Shown here piece by piece: positions 1 through 8,900 of a stretch of DNA of 46,565 bases. The notes below the pieces were generated by a model. The model was not told where the DNA came from. It made no database searches and worked only from the letters and a program-made list of their open reading frames with translations. A program made the position numbers and the translations under genes. Within the stretch, counting starts at the first letter, position 1. Every line of letters starts with the position of its first letter. This DNA is from Clostridiales bacterium UBA1248 (GTDB taxonomy: Bacteria; Bacillota; Clostridia; Oscillospirales; CAG-272). Location of the stretch: the NCBI GenBank assembly GCA_002308615.1, contig DBWC01000115.1, positions 12,017-58,581 of the forward strand, in the 5' to 3' direction.

Positions 1-1
1 G

Positions 2-430
2 GAGCACGGCTCCGTCTCACGCGGCGTATGCTCTGTAAGCGAAGACGGATTTTTGACAGACGTCGTCGAAAGAACGAAAATAGAAGTCGCAGGAGACAGG
101 ATCGAATATGTCGAAAACGATGAAAGATTTCCGCTTTCGGCGGATACTACGGTTTCAATGAATTTCTGGGGCTTCACCCCTGATTTCAAGGAAGTTTTGG
201 CGGAAGGATTTGAAAAATTCGTAAAATCGGAGCATGAAAGACCGCTTAAGGACGAGTATTACCTTCCCAAGGCTGTGGCGGAAGCCATGGAAAAAGGCGC
301 GACGGTCAAAGTACTGAAAACGCCGTCAAAATGGTTCGGCGTAACGTACCGTGAGGATCGCGAACAGGTCGTCAATTCAATAAAAGAGCTTACAAAGCTC
401 GGAATATATAAAAAAGGTTTGTGGAGGTAA
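2..430 (+). CDS. Sugar-phosphate nucleotidyltransferase family protein, C-terminal part (5' truncated by window edge)
   Basis: The frame is open from base 2 (EHGSVSRGVC...). Motifs SMNFWGF, EYYLP and WFGVTYREDR are typical of this family. It lies directly upstream of galE. Confidence 0.8.
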   Translation, partial: EHGSVSRGVCSVSEDGFLTDVVERTKIEVAGDRIEYVENDERFPLSADTTVSMNFWGFTPDFKEVLAEGFEKFVKSEHERPLKDEYYLPKAVAEAMEKGATVKVLKTPSKWFGVTYREDREQVVNSIKELTKLGIYKKGLWR

Positions 431-433
431 ATC

Positions 434-1429
434 ATGTCTGTTCTTGTCACCGGCGGCGCCGGGTTCATAGGCTCGCACACCGCGGTCGTACTTCTTGATC
501 ACGGTGAGGATATTGTCATACTTGATAATTTTTCAAACAGCTCCCCCGATATGCTTGACGGGATAAGACGCATAACCGGCAAAGACTTTAAGTTTTATGA
601 AGGCGATATGCGCGACAAAGCTCTGCTTGACCGCGTTTTCACCGAAAACAAAATAGAGTCCGTCATACATTTCGCAGGCCTTAAAGCGGTCGGTGAATCC
701 GTCGAAAAACCGCTTGAATACTACGACAACAATATAAACGGCACGCTCTGCATACTTGAAGCGATGAGAAAATACGGTTGTAAAATAATGATATTCTCGT
801 CGTCCGCCACAGTTTACGGAAACGACAATCCCGTTCCGTTCGTTGAGGGTATGAAAACGAGTGCGACGAATCCGTACGGTTGGACAAAGGTGTTCATCGA
901 GCATATACTCGAAGGCGTATGCGAATCGGATAAAGAGTTTTCCGCCGTGCTTTTGCGTTATTTCAACCCGATAGGCGCGCATAAGAGCGGCTTGATAGGC
1001 GAAAAGCCGAACGGCATACCGAACAATATCATGCCGTATATCATGAAGGTAGCGGCAGGTGAATACGATCATCTAAACGTTTTCGGAGACGATTACGATA
1101 CGCCGGACGGCACGGGCGTGCGCGATTATATCCACGTCGTCGATCTGGCAAACGGTCATCTGTCCGCGCTTGAATACGCGAGAAAGAACAAGGGAGCGGA
1201 GGCTGTAAACCTCGGCACCGGCAAAGGCACGTCGGTCCTTGAGCTTGTAGCCGCCGTTGAAAAAGCGTCCGACAGAAAAATCCCGTACGTCATAACGGCT
1301 CGCCGTCCCGGCGATATAGCGGAGTGCTACGCGGACGTTTCAAAAGCAAAGCGCGTGCTTAACTGGCAGGCACAGTACGACGTTGACGATATGTGCGCGG
1401 ACAACGCGCGCTGGGCGCTCAAGCAGTAA
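434..1429 (+). CDS. galE: UDP-glucose 4-epimerase
   Basis: GGAGFIGSH NAD-binding motif, HFAGLKAVGES, YGWTK (YxxxK), RYFNPIGAH and DGTGVRDYIHV. GGAGG RBS upstream. Confidence 0.97.
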   Translation: MSVLVTGGAGFIGSHTAVVLLDHGEDIVILDNFSNSSPDMLDGIRRITGKDFKFYEGDMRDKALLDRVFTENKIESVIHFAGLKAVGESVEKPLEYYDNNINGTLCILEAMRKYGCKIMIFSSSATVYGNDNPVPFVEGMKTSATNPYGWTKVFIEHILEGVCESDKEFSAVLLRYFNPIGAHKSGLIGEKPNGIPNNIMPYIMKVAAGEYDHLNVFGDDYDTPDGTGVRDYIHVVDLANGHLSALEYARKNKGAEAVNLGTGKGTSVLELVAAVEKASDRKIPYVITARRPGDIAECYADVSKAKRVLNWQAQYDVDDMCADNARWALKQ

Positions 1430-1431
1430 CG

Positions 1432-2049
1432 GTGAAAAGAGCAAATAAGAAAAAAAAGCACGTCTCTAAATCAAAAACTCTCGAACAGCGTAAAAAAAGC
1501 CTCCGCGGCTGGTACGCTCCCATAATCGGCGTCGTAATACTTGTTTTGTTCTTCGTATATATTATCGTAAGAGACGTTAATAACTACGGTGAAATTTCAG
1601 GCGGTACGGTAAAAAGCATAACCGCCGCCGCGGATAAAGGCTCCGTCAGACACGAGCGTTGGGGAAGCGTCCGTTATACGTCTTTTGAGATCGGTTCGGA
1701 ACGGTATGAATTAAAAACCGATTACAGAAGGATCGAAGGCGGACAATACAGGGTAATGGAGATCCTGCAATCTGGAGACGACGTTGAATTACAGTATATC
1801 ACATATTCGGATCTGCTTTTGATACCGAGCAGAGAAAACTGCGTTTTAGGCTTTAAATATAACGGAAAAGTAATTACAGATACTGAATACGGATTTCAGT
1901 GGACACTGAAAAGCATAAAAACAAATATCATTGTCATGTCGGTCATTCTTGCTTTCACGTCAGGCTGGCTTGCCGTTATGATCGTGTTTTTCGCAAACGA
2001 GAAAAAAGAGTATGATTTTTTAAAAAAACGGTCCGGAACAAGTAACTAA
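1432..2049 (+). CDS. Hypothetical membrane protein (basic N-terminus, two TM segments flanking an extracellular loop)
   Basis: Two hydrophobic stretches. GTG start at 1432 chosen to avoid overlapping galE. Confidence 0.65.
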   Translation: MKRANKKKKHVSKSKTLEQRKKSLRGWYAPIIGVVILVLFFVYIIVRDVNNYGEISGGTVKSITAAADKGSVRHERWGSVRYTSFEIGSERYELKTDYRRIEGGQYRVMEILQSGDDVELQYITYSDLLLIPSRENCVLGFKYNGKVITDTEYGFQWTLKSIKTNIIVMSVILAFTSGWLAVMIVFFANEKKEYDFLKKRSGTSN

Positions 2050-2101
2050 AAATCTCCTTATCGGGTAAAATATAAGTAAAACCCGATAAGGAGATATTTT
2101 T

Positions 2102-2290
2102 ATGGAAAAATCACAAAAAACAAAACAGGCGCCGTTTTTTGAGGTAAAACAAAGGTATTGCTCAAAGCTTGACGGCAACGTCGTACTGAAACGCGAACTC
2201 GGCACGGACGGAGAATTCACCTGTATGTCCTCGCATATATGCGGCGAGGATTGCAAATCAAAGGAAAATGAAAAAAACGGAGCAACTTAA
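2102..2290 (+). CDS. Small Cys-rich hypothetical protein (62 aa)
   Basis: AAGGAG RBS at 2088-2093. Four Cys and one His (YCSK...FTCMSSHICGEDC). Confidence 0.6.
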   Translation: MEKSQKTKQAPFFEVKQRYCSKLDGNVVLKRELGTDGEFTCMSSHICGEDCKSKENEKNGAT

Positions 2291-2291
2291 A

Positions 2292-2376
2292 TGGGGGTTT
2301 GCCCACCCCTCCGGCTCCGCTGCCGCTTCGCCAACCCCCAAACCCCCTTTCCCCTCCCATTGGTTTCAATGGGGCT
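2292..2376 (+). repeat. C-rich intergenic repeat, copy A
   Basis: TGGGGGTT..CCCACCCCTC..AACCCCCAAACCCCCT.TCCCCTCCCA..GGGGCT, clearly homologous to 35586-35674. Confidence 0.8.
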
Positions 2377-2392
2377 TTTTGCGGACGGTTAG

Positions 2393-2416
2393 CGGGCGAT
2401 CGATGATCGCCCCTAC
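2393..2416 (-). repeat. GTAG-type REP palindrome
   Basis: Minus strand reads GTAGGGGCGATCATCGATCGCCCG, starting 2 nt after the ttcA-like stop codon. Confidence 0.8.
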
Positions 2417-2418
2417 GG

Positions 2419-3108
2419 TCAGGATTTCAGCATTGCCGACGCTACCCTGTGCGCTGTGCCGCGGCAGGTCTTGTCGGTTTCTTTTATGATTTTTCGAACT
2501 TCATCCCTTGCGGAGTCGCTCTCGCGACCGCAGGGGTTTTTAATTACCGGCAGCGATAATTCGGTCACAAGTGAGCGGATGAGCCGTTCGTTCGTCGTCA
2601 TAAGCGGGCGTATGAGAGTAAGCGATTTGTCTTCATATCCGGTCGTCGGCTCAAGCGTGTAAATTCTTCCGCCGTAGAGCAGATTCATAAGCGCGGTTTC
2701 CGCGGTATCGTCCTCGGTATGCCCTAACGCCAGCTTGTCAAACCCGTTTTCTTTCGCGTAATTGCACAGCGCGGCGCGGCGCAGTCTGGCGCAGAGAGAA
2801 CACGGCTTTTCCAAGCCTTCTATCGCTTTGCCTATATCCGTTTTCACTATTTCGTATGGTATATCCGCGTTATTCATAAATTCCGCGACCGGCGAAAAAT
2901 CCGCGTCAAGCCCCATATCAACGGTCACCGCCGAAACGGTGAAGGGAACGGGAAGAAACCTGGACAAAAGCTTTAATCCGTATGCGGCGGCAAGCGAATC
3001 CTTACCGCCGGACACGGCGATAAGTACTCTGTCATTCGGCTCTATCATACCGTATTTTTCAACGCATTTGCGTATATTTGACAATAGTATATCCGTTTTC
3101 GTACTCAC
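2419..3108 (-). CDS. ttcA: tRNA 2-thiocytidine biosynthesis TtcA-family PP-loop ATPase
   Basis: SGGKDS PP-loop, CSLCARLRR, GHTEDD and LIRPL. GTG start with GAGGTGA RBS. Confidence 0.85.
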   Translation of the reverse strand: MSTKTDILLSNIRKCVEKYGMIEPNDRVLIAVSGGKDSLAAAYGLKLLSRFLPVPFTVSAVTVDMGLDADFSPVAEFMNNADIPYEIVKTDIGKAIEGLEKPCSLCARLRRAALCNYAKENGFDKLALGHTEDDTAETALMNLLYGGRIYTLEPTTGYEDKSLTLIRPLMTTNERLIRSLVTELSLPVIKNPCGRESDSARDEVRKIIKETDKTCRGTAHRVASAMLKS

Positions 3109-3134
3109 GGCAAAAGCTCACCTCGCATATCATA
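3106..3134 (+). promoter_or_regulatory. Candidate sigma-K-type (mother-cell sporulation) promoter for the amidase
   Basis: CACG-16 bp-CATATCATA matches the AC-N16/17-CATA---TA consensus. Confidence 0.4.
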
Positions 3135-3158
3135 GTAAAAAAAGAACGGAGTAATATT

Positions 3159-3716
3159 ATGATTAAAATATTTATCGATCAGGGGCATAACCCGAAAAAC
3201 CCGAATTCCGGCGCGGAGGGCAACGGTCTGCAGGAGGCGGATCTCACTTATAAAATAGGCATAAGACTTCGCGATCTGCTCAATTCCAACCCGGATTTTA
3301 CATCTATCACATCAAGAAATTCACCCGATGAGATACTCGGTACGAGCAACGCGACCTCGTTAGCCGCACGGACCAACGCCGCAAACGCCTGGGGCGCTGA
3401 TTATTTTATAAGTCTGCACGCAAACGCGTCGCAGATAACGACGGCGACGGGCAGCGAGGGATACGTTTATTCGCTTTCGTCAAAAGCGTATCCGCTTGCG
3501 CAAAGCATCCTGAAAGGATTATACAACATAACCGGCACCGTGTCAAGAGGAGTTTTTGCAAGACCTACGCTCTACGTTCTGCGCAAGACCGCGATGCCGG
3601 CGACTCTTATAGAAATGGGCTTTATCACAAACCCCGCGGAAGCAGCGGCAATGAATAACGACCCCGCCTCATACGCTCTCGGTATGTATAACGGGATCGT
3701 TTCATATTTCACTTGA
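3159..3716 (+). CDS. N-acetylmuramoyl-L-alanine amidase (Amidase_3), single domain, no signal peptide
   Basis: IFIDQGH, E in GLQE, FISLHAN and LIEMGFITN Zn-binding/catalytic motifs. ATG at 3159 follows GGAG. Confidence 0.92.
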   Translation: MIKIFIDQGHNPKNPNSGAEGNGLQEADLTYKIGIRLRDLLNSNPDFTSITSRNSPDEILGTSNATSLAARTNAANAWGADYFISLHANASQITTATGSEGYVYSLSSKAYPLAQSILKGLYNITGTVSRGVFARPTLYVLRKTAMPATLIEMGFITNPAEAAAMNNDPASYALGMYNGIVSYFT

Positions 3717-4407
3717 CGCGCTTTTGCCTGTTCACGACAAACGGTATGAATGAAATTCCGATTGCGCCTATTACGGTGATTATGATCTCCGGGATCATAT
3801 AAAGTCCGTTGTAGAACGCCGAGTAAAACGCGGCGAGCCCCTGACCGGAGCCGAAATGTGTAAGCACCCACGCGCCGAATTTAGCCGTCCAGTCGGTCAT
3901 GCTCGCAAAGCTGCCCTCTTCCGCGGCGTCGAAATACCAGCTTGCCCACGCGCCGTAGAATATCCAGCCGGAGAAGAAATGCGAGATATATCTGCACATA
4001 AGTCCGGCAAACGCTCCGAGACTCAAAGCGGCGGTCGGATTTTTGATCCTGCTGAAAAGCGACGCGACGCCTATCACGGTAAACGCGAATATATAATCAA
4101 GAAATATGGAGAGTATCGCCATATACCACACGAGTCCATCGCCCGGGGCGAATATCTTTACCACCGTCGGTATGTCAACGAGCATCTGTAAAAGCGAGTA
4201 AACGAAGGTCGATAAAAATCCCCATTTTGCGCCGTGACGGTAGCAGATCACTATAAGCGGCAGAGTGGAGAGGAGCGTAACGCTGCCTCCTAAATGCCCT
4301 ATCGGTATCTTGATGAGCGACAGCACCGTGCCGAGCGCTATCAGCGCCGCGCATTCCACAAGTCTGCGCGTACGTTCTTTGTTTGTTTGCGTGTTTTGTT
4401 CAGTCAT
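3709..4407 (-). CDS. thiT: Energy-coupling-factor thiamine transporter S component ThiT
   Basis: Polytopic membrane protein with GGSVT, LDY, RYISHFFSG and YNGLY motifs, downstream of a TPP riboswitch. Confidence 0.9.
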   Translation of the reverse strand: MTEQNTQTNKERTRRLVECAALIALGTVLSLIKIPIGHLGGSVTLLSTLPLIVICYRHGAKWGFLSTFVYSLLQMLVDIPTVVKIFAPGDGLVWYMAILSIFLDYIFAFTVIGVASLFSRIKNPTAALSLGAFAGLMCRYISHFFSGWIFYGAWASWYFDAAEEGSFASMTDWTAKFGAWVLTHFGSGQGLAAFYSAFYNGLYMIPEIIITVIGAIGISFIPFVVNRQKRVK

Positions 4408-4443
4408 TTTTTTCTTCCTTTCTTTTAGGAGAAAGAGGTAAGA

Positions 4444-4476
4444 AAACATAAACGCCGCGTGATTACGCGGCGTTAT
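4444..4476 (-). terminator. Intrinsic terminator of the riboswitch expression platform
   Basis: Minus strand AACGCCGCGT-AATC-ACGCGGCGTT followed by TATGTTTT, located between the aptamer and thiT. Confidence 0.75.
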
Positions 4477-4502
4477 AATTTTCTCAATTTCTGATACTCA
4501 TT

Positions 4503-4613
4503 TACCTACGCCGGCATTATCCGGATCAGGTTTAAGCATAGCACAATGCTGCGCTATCCTATGGGTCGAAACTTTGTTTCCTCTCAGCCCGGTCTTTCAC
4601 CAAGCTCCCCTAT
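4503..4613 (-). ncRNA. TPP riboswitch aptamer
   Basis: Minus strand GGGGAGC...GCTGAGAG...GACCC...AACCTGATCCGGATAATGCCGGCGTAGG, upstream of thiT. Confidence 0.93.
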
Positions 4614-4616
4614 TTT

Positions 4617-4780
4617 GAAGCATTTCCGTAAATCGCCGCACGCATCTTGACGCATCTTTTTCCGCCTGATTTCGCCGTAAAAACTTTGAAGTACCGCTTC
4701 GAGTACATCGTCGTTTTTCCGCCTTCATCATACGAAAAAATCTGCAGCCAATCTGCGCACTTCGCTTTATTCAATGCTTC
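4617..4780. mobile_element. MITE-like 164-bp element
   Basis: 8-bp terminal inverted repeat GAAGCATT/AATGCTTC with internal nested imperfect palindromes. No credible gene. Confidence 0.5.
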
Positions 4781-4795
4781 TTTAATTTTCAACTA

Positions 4796-4824
4796 ATAAT
4801 ATCATTCATTGATGAACTTTTCTA
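4796..4824 (-). promoter_or_regulatory. Candidate sigma-A promoter for the thiT leader
   Basis: TAGAAA-17 bp-TATTAT with an extended -10 TG. Confidence 0.45.
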
Positions 4825-5415
4825 CTATTCGACTTTTAAATATCTTTTAATGAACTCGTCGCTCAAGATCGCGCAGGTGTTTATCGAGCGGTACTGTCCC
4901 TTAACAAAAAGGGAAGAGCGCGCGCAGCCCTCGTATTTCATGCCGAGCTTGTCCATAACTCTGCGCGACGCGTCGTTTCCGTCCATATATCTCGCCTCTA
5001 TCCTGTGCAGGTTAAGCTCTAAAAAGCCGAACATCATAACTTCAAGCAGAGCTTCCGGCGCGTAGCCTTTTCCGCGATACACCGGATTTATGACGTAACC
5101 GACCTCGGCGCTGTTATTTGTAAAATCAAACGTCGTAAAGCCGCAGGTCCCTATCATCTTCTGCTCGCTTTTCAGCTCCACCGCCCAGTCGTAGAATTCG
5201 CCGTCGTCGTATCTTGTCTTTATATATTCAAGATACTTTTTTGTATGCGTTTTGTTCGGATGCGGAGACCACAAAAGATACTCCGTCACGTCCTGCCGCT
5301 TTGAGTATTCGAACATATCGGCGCAATCCTCAACGCGCATCCTGCGGAGCCGCAGGCGTTCCGTTTCTATAACGGGTATTTTTTTGAATCTCTTTATTAC
5401 CGCTTCTTTTTTCAT
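4825..5415 (-). CDS. GNAT acetyltransferase, RimJ/RimL family
   Basis: IETERLRLR, AEVGY, YRGKGYAPEAL and NDASRRVMDKLGM. Confidence 0.9.
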   Translation of the reverse strand: MKKEAVIKRFKKIPVIETERLRLRRMRVEDCADMFEYSKRQDVTEYLLWSPHPNKTHTKKYLEYIKTRYDDGEFYDWAVELKSEQKMIGTCGFTTFDFTNNSAEVGYVINPVYRGKGYAPEALLEVMMFGFLELNLHRIEARYMDGNDASRRVMDKLGMKYEGCARSSLFVKGQYRSINTCAILSDEFIKRYLKVE

Positions 5416-5511
5416 ATCAACGTCCGTTATCTGAAATTTGTCATAATTATATAGCTAAAAAACGCTTTTGTAAAGGCTTTTTTCTATAAAAAACGGTAAA
5501 AAAACAAAATT

Positions 5512-5568
5512 TTGTGAAAAATGCACAAGTGTAGAAATTTCAGCCGTAAATATGTGAAAATTGCACAA
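5512..5568. promoter_or_regulatory. Pair of 17-bp palindromic operator-like sites
   Basis: TTGTGAAAAATGCACAA (5512-5528) and ATGTGAAAATTGCACAA (5552-5568), 40 bp apart. Confidence 0.55.
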
Positions 5569-5848
5569 ATTTCCGGTTGTGTAATTTGATGCGCAAACGG
5601 AGGACAAATGATAAAAATACCGTTCTTTTAAAGGATTTTTTCACACAATTCTGCAAAATAATTTTTATTATGAAATTCAAAAAGATACAATCTGATCCAA
5701 ATAAAGTCATAATCTTTCACAGTCCGCAGGTATTTGACCGCAAAAAAGCACGTTTGGGGAATTTCAACAAAAACATAAAAACAACTAATATGAAAGAATA
5801 AAGGAAAGCGTGTGAAAAATATGCGCGTTTTAATTAAAATTTCATCTA

Positions 5849-5877
5849 TTGACAATATAACGGGCGCGTGGTATATT
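5849..5877 (+). promoter_or_regulatory. Sigma-A promoter of the ABC operon
   Basis: TTGACA-17 bp-TATATT with TG extension. Confidence 0.75.
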
Positions 5878-5971
5878 ATATATAAATTATTATGCGCTGT
5901 TTCTCGTTACGCGCATAAAGCGTATCCCCGGAAATACCGGGTGCTGCGATATTCATCAGGAGGAAAAGCTA

Positions 5972-8900
5972 ATGAGATCACCCAAAACGGCAAAAGTAAT
6001 CGCAGTCCTGCTTGCGTTGCTTATGCTGATTCCCGCGGGCGTCTCCGCCACATCCGGCACGGACACGGAAACAAAGACGGAAAAGACGACCATGGATCAG
6101 GTAAAGGAGTACCTCTACAGCGAGGACTACTATACCTACATTACCGAAATGAATGCCCAGGGCTGGACCGACGCGAAGGGCGCCGGCGTCACCGTCAGGG
6201 CGGCGGAGGGCTACACCTACGAGCCCGACCCCGACTATCCCGACTATAAGGTCGAGGTGCTTGACGATGCGGAGAAGGGCAAGGTGCTCCACATGCCCGA
6301 GGCGGGTATGACGAGCTGGACGATAAACGTACCGGAAACGGGTTACTACGTCGTCCGCATCGTATACATGCCTTACGAGACGAAGAGCATCAACACGTCA
6401 AACATAAAGCGCGAGTTCTTCGTGGACGGAAAGGCGCCGTTCAGTGAATCGTACTACTATGAATTTACGAGAAAATTCGTAGACGATTTCAACGCGGACG
6501 CCAAGCGGGAGGACGGCACGCAGGGCTTTACGCTTGACAAGAACGAAAATGAAAAGAAACCGCAGAAGAGCCAGATCTATGAATGGTCCGACGCATATTT
6601 GAAAGACTCGCAGGGCTACGAGCTCCAGCCGCTCAAATACGCGCTTGCAAAAGGCGAGCACACCATATCCTTCAACGCTACGATGAACGATATAGTCATA
6701 TCGGAGATCTTCGTTGAGCCTTACACGGCGCCGCTCAGCTACGAGGAGTATCTCAGCGCGCACGGCAGCAAGGATGCGTCCGCCGGTGCAAACGCCGCTA
6801 AGATCCAGGCTGAAACGCCGACGGCAACGTCCGATCTGACTATCTACGCGTTAAACGACAGAACGTCGTCGATAACGGAGCCGCAGCACGCGTCGCGTCA
6901 GCTGCTCAATACGATAGGCGACAGCAAGTGGCAGACGTTCGGACAGTGGATAGAGTGGACTATCCCGGGCGATCAGATAACCGAGGACGGTTATTACTAC
7001 ATCGTTCCGAGATTCAAGCAGTCCATCCGTGAAGGTCTGTACGTATCCCGCGTGCTTTACATCAACGGAGAGATACCGTTTGAAAACTGCTACAGACTGC
7101 AGTTCAACTACTCCGACGACTGGCAGTGCACGCCGTTAAACGACGGTGAACAGAATCTTAAATTCTGGTTCGAAGCCGGAAAAGATTATACGATCAGAAT
7201 GGAAGTCGGCTACGGCAACATGTCCGATACGCTCCGCATGATAGGCGACTGCATCAGCGACATGAACGACATATACCGTTCTATCATAAGGATAACCGGT
7301 CCCAACCCCGATGAATTCGTATCATACGGATTTGCCGAGGTCATCTACGATACGATAGTCCTTATGAGAAGCACGCAGCTGAAAATAACCGACGTTGCGG
7401 AACAGTTCAAAAAGATATTGGGCGGTAAATCCGCTTCCGATATAGCGACGCTTGAAAAAATAGCGTACCTGCTCCAGAAGATGAGCAGCAAGGAGTCCGA
7501 AATAGCGAAGAACCTTGAAAACCTAAAGGTCAACACCGGTTATCTCGGAACCTGGGTGATGAATACCAAGCTGCAGGCGCTGAATATAGACTATATCACG
7601 CTGCAGCCCGCCGGTAAGGATGCAAAGGATTATCCGCAGGGCAACGCGGGCTTCTTCAAATCTCTCGGATTTGAGATAAGCGCGTTCTTCGCCAGCTTCT
7701 TTACCGATTACAACTCCTTGGGCGCCGTGGAAGACAACAGCGACGTTGAACCCGTTGAAGTCTGGATCTCCACGAGCCGTGAGGAAGCGCAGGTCATGCG
7801 CGAACTGATAGACCTCAACTGTCCGGTAAAGGTCAATCTTAAACTCGTTGCCGCGGGCACGCTGCTTCCCGCAACGCTTGCCGGCGACGGCCCGGATATA
7901 TCGCTTGCGATGGGTCAGACGGACGTCATCAACTATGCGATACGAAGTGCCATTGAGCCTCTTTACGTGGAAGCGGACGGAGACGATAACCTCTATTCCG
8001 ATTATCTGCAGGTATGTGCGGACCGCTTCACCGATCAGGCGCTGGTAGGCCTCCGTCTTGAAAATCCCGAAAGCCCGGGCTCGTACGTATACTACGGCAT
8101 ACCGGAGCGTCTCGGCTTCTCGATGCTGTTCTACCGCAAGGATATTTTCGCGGAGCTTGACCTTGAAGTTCCGCAAACGTGGGATGATCTCTATAAAATT
8201 GTTCCTACCCTTCAGATAAATTACCGTAAGATAGGCTTCCCGTCGAGCTTGGGCGGTCTTATGATGCTGATGTATCAGCGCGATGAAGACCTTTATTCAG
8301 ATATCGACGGCAACGGCGTTCTTGACGGTATGCAGATAAATATTGATTCAAGGACCTCGCTTGAGTGCTTTGAAGAGCTTGTGACGCTGTTCCAGACGTT
8401 CAAGTTCCCGAGGGCATACGACCTTGCCACGTATTTCAGAATGGGCGAGATGCCGATAGCCGTCGCGGATTACCTGACGTACAACCAGTTTACGATCTAC
8501 GCTACGGAGCTTCGCGGACTCTGGGAGTTCACGCTTCTGCCCGGTACTGTCGTAAGAGACGATAACGGAAACATAGTATATGATGAAGAAGGCAAGGCTG
8601 TAATAAACAGCAACGCGCCGTGTTCGGTATCCGCCACCGTTATCATGAGAGACAAGAAGGGCAGATCGGAAGAGCTTCGCAAGAACTGCTGGGAATACAT
8701 GAAATGGTGGACGGGAGCCGAGGCTCAGTCCTCCTACGCAAAGCAGTACGAGGCGATAATCGGTATGGCCGCAAAATTCAACACGGCGAATACAGAGGCG
8801 CTGCGCAATATGTCCTGGACCAACCAGGAGCGCAAAAACCTTGAGGCTCAGTTCGCTCACTTAAAGGGCACGCCGGAGTTCCCGGGCGGTTACATCATAA

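Noticed and set aside
4610-4792. 60-aa minus-strand ORF upstream of thiT
   Set aside because: It has a TTG start with no RBS and coincides with the MITE-like element in the riboswitch leader.
5512-5568. Rex operator call
   Set aside because: The arms are 1 bp too close for the 18-bp Rex consensus, so the sites are kept as unassigned operators.
5577-6249. ORFs 5577-5801, 5628-5855 and 5812-6249
   Set aside because: They are AT-rich promoter-region or out-of-frame ORFs with no RBS or recognisable motifs.
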